From positions 1 to 40,873 of the IMG/VR virus record IMGVR_UViG_3300028536_000001: a DNA stretch of 40,873 bases, one strand, 5' to 3'. The first letter of the stretch is position 1; the number at the start of each line of letters is the position of its first letter. The notes below the pieces were generated by a model. That model was not told where the DNA came from. It was given only the letters and a program-made list of their open reading frames with translations, and did not search any database. The DNA comes from a virus. The position numbers and the translations under genes are program-made. Positions 32,388 to 40,873 of the stretch are shown here, in pieces.

Positions 32388-34424
32388 ATGATACTCGATT
32401 TAGATTATGAGAGCAGGTCTTGCGTCGACTTAACATCCGTCGGGATACATAACTACGCCTCTCATCCATCTACCGAAATTATCCTCGCTTCGTTTTCGAT
32501 AGATGAAGGACCTATAAAACTTTGGCAGCCACATTTAGAACCTATCCCAGAGGAGTTAAAATGGGCGCTCGAAGATCCCTTAGTAGAGCAAAAATGGGCT
32601 TTTAATGTGGCTTTTGAGAGAATCATGACGTGGAGGAAACTTGGCATCAAAGTTCCTTTTGAAGAATGGCGCGACGTTCAAGTAATGGCGCGTTACTATT
32701 CTTTGCCAGGTAATCTTGAAAATGTTGGCGCAATTCTTAAAATTGAGTCCCAAAAACTAAAAGAGGGTAAGTCTTTAATTAAACTGTTTTGCGAGCCTTT
32801 CATAGATCAAAAAGATACCCCTTTATTCGGACTAACAGATCCGGTATTCAAGGATTGGAATACAAATCCAGTGGAGTGGGAGCGATTTTGTCAATACAAT
32901 ATCCAAGACGTACGTGCGCAGCAGGAAGAACGTTGGAAACTAAAGGATTTTGATTTACCTGCACATGAGTGGAAAATGTGGTTCTTAGACCAGAAAATAA
33001 ACAACTGTGGTTGGCTGGTAAATCTTGACCTCATAAATGGAGCCATTGACGTTGTTGAAAAAGAACAGACACTTTTGCTGGACGAACTTCGAGATTTGAC
33101 GGGAGCAGACAACCCCAACTCGGCGACGCAAATTCTCCAATGGGCTAAGACGCAAAATTATCCATTCAGCGTCATGGGAAAAGCTTTTGTGGACAGAGCT
33201 ATAAAGGGTGAAGGTGGAATTACAGACCTTTGTAAGAGAGCGTTGCTTATCAGACAACAAGTCTCAAAAAGCTCAGTCAAAAAATTATATGCTATCCGGA
33301 GTAATGCGTGTGCGGACGGACGCATCAGGGAGCAGTTTGTCTTCGGCGGGGCCGCTAGGACGATGAGATGGAGTGGACGAGATTGCCAGCTTCAAAACTT
33401 AGCTCGACCCACAAAAGAGGTCGAGAAAAATACAGATCGAGCCATCGATCTCCTGACTGCTGTTGATCATGCGACCATTAAATCTGAGTTTAGTTCGGTT
33501 ATCGACGTAGCCACGTCTTGTATTAGACCGACACTCATCGCACCAAAAGGAAAAAAGCTAGTCGTAGCAGATTTTTCATCAGTTGAAAACCGTGTTATTG
33601 GCTGGGTATCGGGTTGTAAACGAATGTTGGAGGTTTTTGAAAAAGGCTTAGACCCTTACAAAGATTTTGCATGTGATATGTTTAACAAACCATATGATAG
33701 TATTACTAAAGAAGAACGCAACCAATCGAAACCAGCGACATTGGGGTGTGGTTTTGGTCTGGGCGCTGGTGAAGAAAAAGTTAACGAGGCGGGCGATTTA
33801 GTGCGGTCAGGTTTGCTTGGGTATAGTTATGCGATGGGAATCAGTATGACGCAGGAAGAAGCTAACCGAGCTGTACAAATTTTCCGTAAAAAGTTTCCTG
33901 AGATTCCGCGCCTTTGGAAAGCATTAGACTCAGCAGCCATTGACGCTGTGCAAGAAAAAGAACCGCAACAAATTGGTGTCCTTACTTTTGATTGCGCAGA
34001 TGATCGTGTTCTCCGGATGATTCTCCCATCGGGTCGCGTCCTTCATTACGCAGATCCCTTGGTCCAAGAAGAAGAGAGAATTAGCAGAGATGGTGAATCT
34101 TATACGAAAACCTTTGTTTCGTTCATGGGTATGGATCAAGTTACGAGACAATGGACTAGAATGCAGTCTCGACCTGGGCTGTGGACAGAAAATAGTGTAC
34201 AGGCAATTGCCAGAGATCTTTTAGCAAACGGACTTCGAGAAGCAGATAAAGAAGGAATGATAGTCATCGGACATATTCATGATGAGATTATTTGTGAGGC
34301 TGATGAAAATGATGAAAAAGCCCTTGATAATTTAATTCAATGTATGATAAAATTACCAAAATGGGCAGCAAAACTTCCAATAGGAGCTGAAGGCTTCTGT
34401 AGCCCTTATTACAAAAAGGGATGA
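32388..34424 (+). CDS. polA: Family A DNA polymerase with 3'-5' exonuclease
   Basis: Exo motifs LDYE, FNVAFE, YNIQD; polymerase motifs A (ADFSSVENR), B (RNQSKPATLGCGFG) and C (HIHDE). Confidence 0.93.
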   Translation: MILDLDYESRSCVDLTSVGIHNYASHPSTEIILASFSIDEGPIKLWQPHLEPIPEELKWALEDPLVEQKWAFNVAFERIMTWRKLGIKVPFEEWRDVQVMARYYSLPGNLENVGAILKIESQKLKEGKSLIKLFCEPFIDQKDTPLFGLTDPVFKDWNTNPVEWERFCQYNIQDVRAQQEERWKLKDFDLPAHEWKMWFLDQKINNCGWLVNLDLINGAIDVVEKEQTLLLDELRDLTGADNPNSATQILQWAKTQNYPFSVMGKAFVDRAIKGEGGITDLCKRALLIRQQVSKSSVKKLYAIRSNACADGRIREQFVFGGAARTMRWSGRDCQLQNLARPTKEVEKNTDRAIDLLTAVDHATIKSEFSSVIDVATSCIRPTLIAPKGKKLVVADFSSVENRVIGWVSGCKRMLEVFEKGLDPYKDFACDMFNKPYDSITKEERNQSKPATLGCGFGLGAGEEKVNEAGDLVRSGLLGYSYAMGISMTQEEANRAVQIFRKKFPEIPRLWKALDSAAIDAVQEKEPQQIGVLTFDCADDRVLRMILPSGRVLHYADPLVQEEERISRDGESYTKTFVSFMGMDQVTRQWTRMQSRPGLWTENSVQAIARDLLANGLREADKEGMIVIGHIHDEIICEADENDEKALDNLIQCMIKLPKWAAKLPIGAEGFCSPYYKKG

Positions 34425-34433
34425 GTTTAAATC

Positions 34434-35231
34434 GTGTATAAAGCTATAGATATAACTGGACAACGTTTTGGGAAATTAATCGTTATTGAACGCGACAAAA
34501 GCAAATATAATAACAAGAAATACAGTAATACTGCGGCATATTGGAAATGTTTATGTGATTGCGGGAATGAAAAATCTATCCATAGTCAGTCTCTAAGAAA
34601 AGGTAAATCGCTTGGGTGCGGTAAGTGTAATTTTGAAGACGAAAGCGGCAAGAGATATGGAAAATGGACAGTAATAAAAAGAGTTGACACTCCTCTCGGA
34701 CTTGCATATCATGTTTTCTTTCTATGCCGTTGTGATTGTGGTACAGAAAGAGCCGTAAATGGTAAAATGCTTCGTAACGGAGGCTCAGAAAGCTGTGGTT
34801 GTTCTAAGGTTTTACCAAACAACGGTGGTGCTTGTAATGCTATTTATAACAGCTATATGAGACAAGCTGACAACAGAAAGCTTACTTGGTCGATTGATAG
34901 AAACACGTTTAAAATTCTGATTGAGAAAGACTGTCATTATTGTGGTGCTCCTCCAAGTCAAGCGTGGAACTATAGTAAGAGTTCAAAACAGATATACAAC
35001 GGTTTAGATCGAGTGGATAATCAACTCGGCTATGTGGAAGAAAACATTGTTCCTTGCTGTAAGACATGTAATTATGCAAAGAGAAGCCTCACACTTGATG
35101 AGTTTCATGATTGGACAAAAAGAGTATATTTCAGATCTATATATGTTGAACCCAGTACACAAGACAGAGAAATCGAAGGAAGTCTTACCGTAGATCACGA
35201 AGGTTGTTACGTACACGAAGTAAGCGAATAA
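34434..35231 (+). CDS. HNH homing endonuclease-like protein
   Basis: Repeated GxRFGKLxV...CxCDCG modules; CHYCG...NGLDRVDNQLGYVEENIVPCCKTCN. Confidence 0.85.
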   Translation: MYKAIDITGQRFGKLIVIERDKSKYNNKKYSNTAAYWKCLCDCGNEKSIHSQSLRKGKSLGCGKCNFEDESGKRYGKWTVIKRVDTPLGLAYHVFFLCRCDCGTERAVNGKMLRNGGSESCGCSKVLPNNGGACNAIYNSYMRQADNRKLTWSIDRNTFKILIEKDCHYCGAPPSQAWNYSKSSKQIYNGLDRVDNQLGYVEENIVPCCKTCNYAKRSLTLDEFHDWTKRVYFRSIYVEPSTQDREIEGSLTVDHEGCYVHEVSE

Positions 35232-35246
35232 ATTCTCAATTTTAGA

Positions 35247-35604
35247 ATCAATTAAGGAGTAACATGTTAAACCTAGTAGCGAAGAAATGGGTTGCCGCGT
35301 TACGCAGTGGAAAGTACGAGCAAGGAACAGGACAACTGAGAAACGGAGACACATACTGTTGTTTAGGTGTGCTATGTGACGTGGCGTTGAAAGAGGGAGT
35401 ATTGGATATCTTTCCACAGACAGCGGGCACTTTAATTAATGTTCCTGTTGTTCAAAAGTGGTCCAAGTTAAGTAACAGTTGGGGTGGTTATTCGAAAAAG
35501 GGATCTCTAGTTGACGATAACGATGCCAATAAGACTTTCTCCCAAATCGCAGACATAATAGAATCAGAACCCGAAGGATTATTTATCAATTAAGGAGTAA
35601 CATG
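35247..35604 (+). repeat. Perfect 20-bp direct repeat flanking one gene
   Basis: ATCAATTAAGGAGTAACATG at 35247-35266 and 35585-35604. Confidence 0.9.
35264..35593 (+). CDS. Hypothetical phage protein
   Basis: WVAALRSGKYEQGTGQL...CCLGVLCD...ND...TFSQIADIIE. Confidence 0.75.
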   Translation: MLNLVAKKWVAALRSGKYEQGTGQLRNGDTYCCLGVLCDVALKEGVLDIFPQTAGTLINVPVVQKWSKLSNSWGGYSKKGSLVDDNDANKTFSQIADIIESEPEGLFIN

Positions 35605-36579
35605 GCAGAACATTCATTATTTGGCTCGACATCACCAGACCAATCAGCTTCCGAACCCACGGAAAAATCCTCTAACCGCGCCGACAAGGTTTCGTATACG
35701 GATTGGGCGTGTGGACCCAACCACACATATTACGCGACTTCACCTTCGGTCAAGACAATACCGCCCGGTACTTACAACGTCAACGTTTCAGATGGTAGGG
35801 TATTTTTTCAGAAAATGGATACAAATACTGACTCCCTGCTTGAATTGAGCGACAGCCCTACCCGCAAGGTCATTGACGGAATCCGAAAATTTTGGAAGAT
35901 GAAGGAAAAATACACAGAATATGGAATTATGTATCGCAGGGGCTTGCTTTTGTCGGGCCCGCCAGGTGCGGGAAAAACGTGTTCTATTTCAATTTTGAGT
36001 AAAGAACTAGTTGACGCAGGCGGAATCGTGGTCTATGTAGGTCATCCAGCAATCGCGGCTCTTGGTCTCAAACATCTTCGTCAAATCGAACCGCATCGTT
36101 CTCTCATCGTAATTTTTGAGGACATAGACGAGATGCTGGAACAGTACGGTGAGCACGTATTGCTTTCTCTTTTGGATGGAGAAAACCAGATAACCAACGT
36201 CACGAATATCGCAAGTACCAATTACCCTGAACGTTTAGGCGCTCGTATTGTGAACCGCCCAAGCCGTTTTGACGAACACATTTTGATTGACATGCCTAAT
36301 GAGGTTTCACGGCGTCAATATCTTGAACACTTGGCGAAGAAGTTTCCGTTGGATGAGGCCACGTTAAATAAGTGGGTTCAGGATACCAACAAACTTGGGA
36401 TCGCGCACCTCAAGGAACTATTTGTCGCTGTTCGCTGCCTTGAGAATCCGTATGAAGAAGTAATCAAGCGTCTCAAGGATATGGCATCCAAGGCTCCAGC
36501 TCCGTTTAAGGAGTACGGCAGCCAAGAGTCGCGTGGGTTTACAGGATTTTTTGAAAAACCTTCTAAAAGCGAATGGTAA
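35602..36579 (+). CDS. AAA+ ATPase
   Basis: RRGLLLSGPPGAGKT; IFEDID; LLDG; STNYPERL; RPSRFD. Confidence 0.9.
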   Translation: MAEHSLFGSTSPDQSASEPTEKSSNRADKVSYTDWACGPNHTYYATSPSVKTIPPGTYNVNVSDGRVFFQKMDTNTDSLLELSDSPTRKVIDGIRKFWKMKEKYTEYGIMYRRGLLLSGPPGAGKTCSISILSKELVDAGGIVVYVGHPAIAALGLKHLRQIEPHRSLIVIFEDIDEMLEQYGEHVLLSLLDGENQITNVTNIASTNYPERLGARIVNRPSRFDEHILIDMPNEVSRRQYLEHLAKKFPLDEATLNKWVQDTNKLGIAHLKELFVAVRCLENPYEEVIKRLKDMASKAPAPFKEYGSQESRGFTGFFEKPSKSEW

Positions 36580-37559
36580 TGAAATATCATACGGGGTTTG
36601 GTAGTCACAAATCCGATAAGATACTAAATATCGGACGGCGTGTTCGCAACCGCGAAAAGAAACATGCGCTATCAAACCCGTATGTCTATGCTTTTATAGA
36701 ACGATTCAAGCAGGAGATTCTGGAACTGAAAAAGCCCTCTACCTACGACGGCTGGTCAAAAATATATCAAGAGATGGCTGAGGAATTCGGTCACTTGAAG
36801 TTCGATAAACTGGACAAGCAGGTAATCCAACTTTATTTTACCAAACTGTCAAAACGCTTGATGCCTTCCTCTGTTCAACGGCACTGGACAGCACTTTCGG
36901 CAGTTCTCAAGTACGCAGTCAAACAGAACGTGATAGAAGGTTTTGAGCGCCCGGAGCTGCCTAGAAAGGCCAGATCGCAGCAGCAATGGTTGGATTTGGA
37001 ACAGATGAAGAAACTTCTAGCACATTCCTTTGGCCGCCTGCATCTATTAGTCATGATTCTTTGTGAAACAGGGTGTAGAAAAGGAGAAGCGCTTGGATTA
37101 AAAACCAGTGATGTTGATTTTATCAACAAAACTTTGTCCATTAAACGGACAATTTTCAAAGGCAGGCCCAACTCTCCAAAAACAGATTCCTCGAACAGAA
37201 CACTTGCAATTTCTGACGAACTGTGCGATACTTTTAAGAGTTTAGTTCCGAAGAAAGACGGCTATATTTTCCACACCAAATACGCAGAACCATGGAGCTA
37301 CGGGTGGGCTGAGAAACAGATGTGGGGGTTGTGCGATAAAGCTGGAATTCCGAGAGTTGGATTTCATGCTTTTAGACGCGGTAATATAACTCACTTGGTT
37401 CGGGATCTTGAAATCCCGGAGACGATTATCGGCCAACGTGTCGGGCACCTATCTGAGGGAATGACTTTAGGAGTATATGTGCAGCGAAGTAGTGGGTTGG
37501 ATAAGAAATACATTGGAATGATCGCGGAGAGTTTATATGGGAAAAATGAATCTTTTTAA
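36573..37559 (+). CDS. Tyrosine recombinase/integrase
   Basis: TGCRKGE (R), PKT (K), HAFRR (HxxR), VGH, GVY (Y). Confidence 0.88.
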   Translation: MVMKYHTGFGSHKSDKILNIGRRVRNREKKHALSNPYVYAFIERFKQEILELKKPSTYDGWSKIYQEMAEEFGHLKFDKLDKQVIQLYFTKLSKRLMPSSVQRHWTALSAVLKYAVKQNVIEGFERPELPRKARSQQQWLDLEQMKKLLAHSFGRLHLLVMILCETGCRKGEALGLKTSDVDFINKTLSIKRTIFKGRPNSPKTDSSNRTLAISDELCDTFKSLVPKKDGYIFHTKYAEPWSYGWAEKQMWGLCDKAGIPRVGFHAFRRGNITHLVRDLEIPETIIGQRVGHLSEGMTLGVYVQRSSGLDKKYIGMIAESLYGKNESF

Positions 37560-37809
37560 AAAGTTGTTTAAGAAGCGAAAGAAAGAGTTAGAGTGGCCTT
37601 CTCTTCTGTTTTCGACAGAAACAGTGGAGATGCTTAAGAGGCAACTACCTCTTCTAGAGTTTTGTAAAACACGTCCGCTTCCTTATAGCCGTCCAATCGC
37701 AATGTTGATGGGCTATCCTGTTATCGACTCACCACATAAACGAATGTTTATGTATTCATACTCACCGGAGAACCCAAATGCAATCTCTCGCGATCAGTCT
37801 GCGTCCTAA
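37537..37809 (+). CDS. Hypothetical protein
   Basis: 90-aa ORF bridging the recombinase and clamp-loader genes. Confidence 0.5.
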   Translation: MGKMNLFKKLFKKRKKELEWPSLLFSTETVEMLKRQLPLLEFCKTRPLPYSRPIAMLMGYPVIDSPHKRMFMYSYSPENPNAISRDQSAS

Positions 37810-38716
37810 AACTTTTGATGAGGTTATCGGCCAAGAATCGGTAGTGGCTTCTCTGCGATCAAAAATGGATAACCCGCCTACCGCAATTCTTTTCTGCGGG
37901 GAAACCGGCACCGGAAAGACTACTCTAGCCAGCCTAGTTGCCCGCGCAGTTCAGGGTGATGATCCAAACGAGGATATGTGGGATATCCAAGTAAAGAACG
38001 CGGCCAGTGAAAACGGGGTTGCAGTTGCGCGTCAACTCTGCGAGGATACTCGATACTCCACTACCCACGGCAAATACCGCGTCATCATTTTGGAAGAAGC
38101 GCACATGATGACCAACGAGGCCCAAAACACACTACTAATTCCGATAGAGAAACCAGATTCCAATACAATTTGGATTTTCTGTACTACTGAACCAGAGGAA
38201 ATTATTGGCGCACTGCGTTCGCGGTTTATGGTGTATGAGTTGAAACCTCTAGATAAATCAGGAATTTTTATACTGCTAGGACGAGCGGCGTACCCTGAGC
38301 GGGAATTTCCAAATGATTTTTATGAAGAAGTTATAAAAATTGGCTTGACAAACACCCGAGAGATACTGTATTCTTACGAGAAGTACATCAGCGGTGTACC
38401 CTTGGCCGAGGCTCTTATCCCTCCCCCAGATCAGAATCCGCTGTATACGGATATTGCTAAGTACGCGGTCAAGGGTGACTGGAACCGAACGCGGGAATTG
38501 CTCCAAAAAACCAAGGTTGCGGATTCCAAAGGACTGAAATCGGTGGTTTGTGGGTTTCTGCGGTCCAACTTGATTAACAACTACAGACCGGAAGCAAACG
38601 ATGCAATCTCAGAGGCATTGATCCGAATTGGAAATCTGAATGCGTTTGAGTCCGGTGTTGACTACTCGGCCTTGGTTGGAATACTATATAATTATGCTAA
38701 GAAGGTGAGAAAATAA
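37778..38716 (+). CDS. Clamp-loader AAA+ subunit (DNA Pol III gamma/tau, DnaX-like)
   Basis: LRPKTFDEVIGQ; GETGTGKTT; IILEEAHMMTNEAQNTLL; TTEP...LRSR. Confidence 0.85.
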   Translation: MQSLAISLRPKTFDEVIGQESVVASLRSKMDNPPTAILFCGETGTGKTTLASLVARAVQGDDPNEDMWDIQVKNAASENGVAVARQLCEDTRYSTTHGKYRVIILEEAHMMTNEAQNTLLIPIEKPDSNTIWIFCTTEPEEIIGALRSRFMVYELKPLDKSGIFILLGRAAYPEREFPNDFYEEVIKIGLTNTREILYSYEKYISGVPLAEALIPPPDQNPLYTDIAKYAVKGDWNRTRELLQKTKVADSKGLKSVVCGFLRSNLINNYRPEANDAISEALIRIGNLNAFESGVDYSALVGILYNYAKKVRK

Positions 38717-39538
38717 ATGGAACGAAGTGAATCAGTAACAAAACTTGTGCCTGCTTTGATCGCGGCGCAAAAATCATATAAACCGCTGGTCAAAAACAAG
38801 ACCAACCTCTATTTTGGCAGCAAATACGCTGATTTGGCTGACGTGATTGAGGCTACGCAGGATGCACTCAATACTAACGGATTGACAATAGTGCAAGGTG
38901 TAGATTTTATCGAAGGTCAAACTGTAGTTCATACCGTTTTGGTGCATGAATCTGGCGAATACATGTCTCAATCCTTGCGGATTCCGGGTGCGCAGGCAAG
39001 CGCTCAACTCGTGATTGCGGCTTCTACATACGCAAGGCGCGGTCAGTGGGTGGCGTTAGCGGGTATTGCGGCGGATGACGACATGGATGGAAACGCTCCA
39101 GAGTCCAAAAAGCAACCCAATCCACCTGACCGCCCGAAGGTAAACCAAAAACCATCTACGGCAACTACCGCTCCTCGTCCAGAAGAGAAGGGACACTCCA
39201 ACCTAGCCCGCACCGCCGCCGGGAAAACAACTCTTGAGAGCAGAATTGTCCTGAAAATGGACGAATCCAAGGAACAAGCGATCACTGGAGCAACAATTAT
39301 TAGTGGCGGCGAGACAACTATACATACGCAGTCAACAGCAGATACTCCTTACACCAAGGAAGAGTATCTCGCGGTCGTGGCTCCGAAAGTAAAGAGTTTC
39401 TACGACAAGGCTGATCGGGCTGATATTCTAGCCTTCATCAAGGAAAACTCTGGCGGCAAGAAGACCGAGGAATTGTCCAGAGCCGAATGGACTGTGATTT
39501 TCTCAAAGATGGATGAAAAATTTGGAGGTAAGCAGTGA
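38717..39538 (+). CDS. erf: ERF-family ssDNA-annealing recombinase
   Basis: KNKTNLYFGSKYADLADVI...TVLVHESGE...TYARR...GIAADDDMDGN. Confidence 0.88.
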   Translation: MERSESVTKLVPALIAAQKSYKPLVKNKTNLYFGSKYADLADVIEATQDALNTNGLTIVQGVDFIEGQTVVHTVLVHESGEYMSQSLRIPGAQASAQLVIAASTYARRGQWVALAGIAADDDMDGNAPESKKQPNPPDRPKVNQKPSTATTAPRPEEKGHSNLARTAAGKTTLESRIVLKMDESKEQAITGATIISGGETTIHTQSTADTPYTKEEYLAVVAPKVKSFYDKADRADILAFIKENSGGKKTEELSRAEWTVIFSKMDEKFGGKQ

Positions 39539-39924
39539 ACATCGTAATTTTAGCAGGGCGACTTGGTAAAGATCCCGAGAGCAAAGCTCTTCCGTCGGGT
39601 AAAACCGTTGTCAATTTCTCTCTGGCTACAGAGGATGGATTTGGTCAGAACAAGCACACGAACTGGCACAACATCACATGCTTTGATAAAACCGCTGATG
39701 CGGTTACGCAGTATACGGCTAAAGGAAGCCAAGTAGCTGTTACTGGCCGCGTGGACTATCGTTCTTGGGATGACAAGGACGGTAACAAAAAGTACCGCAC
39801 AGAAATCATCGCTGACCGTGTGGAATTTCTCGGCACTAAGCCTCGCGATGAGTTCAATCAGGAAACAAATTATCGCGAACCTGCCACTCAAGAAGTTGCA
39901 GACGACCTAGACGTGGCTTTTTAG
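39535..39924 (+). CDS. ssb: Single-stranded DNA-binding protein
   Basis: NIVILAGRLGKDPE...WH...KGSQVAVTGR...TEIIAD; acidic tail DDLDVAF. Confidence 0.95.
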   Translation: MNIVILAGRLGKDPESKALPSGKTVVNFSLATEDGFGQNKHTNWHNITCFDKTADAVTQYTAKGSQVAVTGRVDYRSWDDKDGNKKYRTEIIADRVEFLGTKPRDEFNQETNYREPATQEVADDLDVAF

Positions 39925-39957
39925 CAGGTAAACCGTGGAATAAGGAGGAGTTTAATC

Positions 39958-40143
39958 GTGTTAAAATCAGAAACGTATTGTGACGCTCTTATCGGTGTGA
40001 AACACCGTCGAGCCGAATATAAAGAACAATTGCTTCTTGCTAAGTCGGACGTAGAGCGGTGGAACAGAGAATTAGCGCTTCTTGACGTAGCCGAAGAATC
40101 AATTAATGAACAATTTACGAAATTCCTAAAAGAAGCGAAATGA
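39958..40143 (+). CDS. Small coiled-coil protein
   Basis: AAGGAGGAG RBS. Confidence 0.6.
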   Translation: MLKSETYCDALIGVKHRRAEYKEQLLLAKSDVERWNRELALLDVAEESINEQFTKFLKEAK

Positions 40144-40562
40144 AAAAGGAAAGTATAAACAGCGTAGCTACGCTTGTTCTGTTGACGGCGGTCGTCGTGT
40201 TTATCGCCGCTCACGTTTTTCAGATCGGCGTTCTAAACGCAGTATCCATTTCTATTTATATTCTGGGAATGCTTACATTGCTGCGGGTTCAGTTTTGTGT
40301 GGGCAGGAGCCTTACTGTGTTGGGAGCACTGTCAAACTTGACTGCGATTGTCTCTAATCATTGCACTATGCCGGTATATGATAATCTGGATAAAATCGGC
40401 GTAGACTACGTGCATTCAATAGCTACCGCGTCTACCCGATTCCCTCTACTATGCGACCGCTTTTCCCTGTTCGGAGGAAACGCAATCGCCAGTATCGGGG
40501 ATTTTACGATTGTTGCGGGTGTTATAATCATTTTGTTACAGAAATTTCTGAGGAAAGCATAA
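40140..40562 (+). CDS. DUF5317-like membrane protein
   Basis: G..SN...I..N...MPV...TRFPLLCDRF...SIGD. Confidence 0.65.
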   Translation: MKKESINSVATLVLLTAVVVFIAAHVFQIGVLNAVSISIYILGMLTLLRVQFCVGRSLTVLGALSNLTAIVSNHCTMPVYDNLDKIGVDYVHSIATASTRFPLLCDRFSLFGGNAIASIGDFTIVAGVIIILLQKFLRKA

Positions 40563-40717
40563 TGAACTACACTCAAAGAAAGTTTACGCTGCCCTCGTCG
40601 AGCCTTAAAACCTCTGAGAGACGATGGGACTACTGTTTTCTGGATAAAGAGAAGTTTCTAACCAAATACGGGCAGGATGCGGAAGAATACGCGGAGCCGA
40701 AGAGTGGAACTGAATGA
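40562..40717 (+). CDS. Small hypothetical protein
   Basis: GAGGA RBS; TAATG coupling. Confidence 0.5.
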   Translation: MNYTQRKFTLPSSSLKTSERRWDYCFLDKEKFLTKYGQDAEEYAEPKSGTE

Positions 40718-40873
40718 AGAACAGCAGGCAGTTGTCAACGCAGAAAGCGGTTACTGGGTTTGCCGTGCTTCGCCCGGATCAGGCAAGACACGGTGCCTTG
40801 TCGAACGCTCGGTGCGACTATTCGAGTCTGGCTGCGAACCAGAGGAACTCCTCATACTTACTTTCACATCCTC
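40704..40873 (+). CDS. UvrD/PcrA-like helicase, N-terminus (runs off the window)
   Basis: MELNEEQQAVVNA...CRASPGSGKTRCLVER...EELLILTFT (Q motif, Walker A, motif Ia). Confidence 0.85.
   Translation, partial: MELNEEQQAVVNAESGYWVCRASPGSGKTRCLVERSVRLFESGCEPEELLILTFTS

Noticed and set aside
1-40873. Stop-codon reassignment
   Set aside because: Long genes are intact in the standard code, TAA, TAG and TGA all end tightly packed genes, and no suppressor tRNA was found

Overview
A ~41 kb piece of a tailed dsDNA phage genome with two divergently transcribed arms. The minus-strand arm (1-17932) carries a partial terminase large subunit, small basic proteins, a 1059-aa fibre/SGNH-esterase-like protein, a trypsin-like protease, HNH/GIY-YIG endonucleases, three HEXXH zincin-like proteins and an array of 31 hand-folded tRNA genes (8656-15035). 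The tRNAs cover all 20 amino acids and all encode CCA. A non-coding switch region (~17935-18750) separates this arm from the plus-strand arm, which has many small early genes and a replication/recombination module: family A DNA polymerase, AAA ATPase, tyrosine recombinase, DnaX-like clamp loader, ERF, SSB and a partial UvrD-like helicase. Most unusual signals: (1) tRNAs with swapped architecture (long variable arms on Gly, Arg, Asn and Ile(UAU); none on two Leu); (2) three promoter-driven structured non-tRNA RNAs ending in stem+CCA; (3) hairpins exposing anti-Shine-Dalgarno loops; (4) a 17-bp TGTCC-N7-GGACA motif repeated nine times; (5) four proteins, including the fibre-like one, with Sec-type signal peptides followed by Gln. 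All calls were made by eye; no searches were run.
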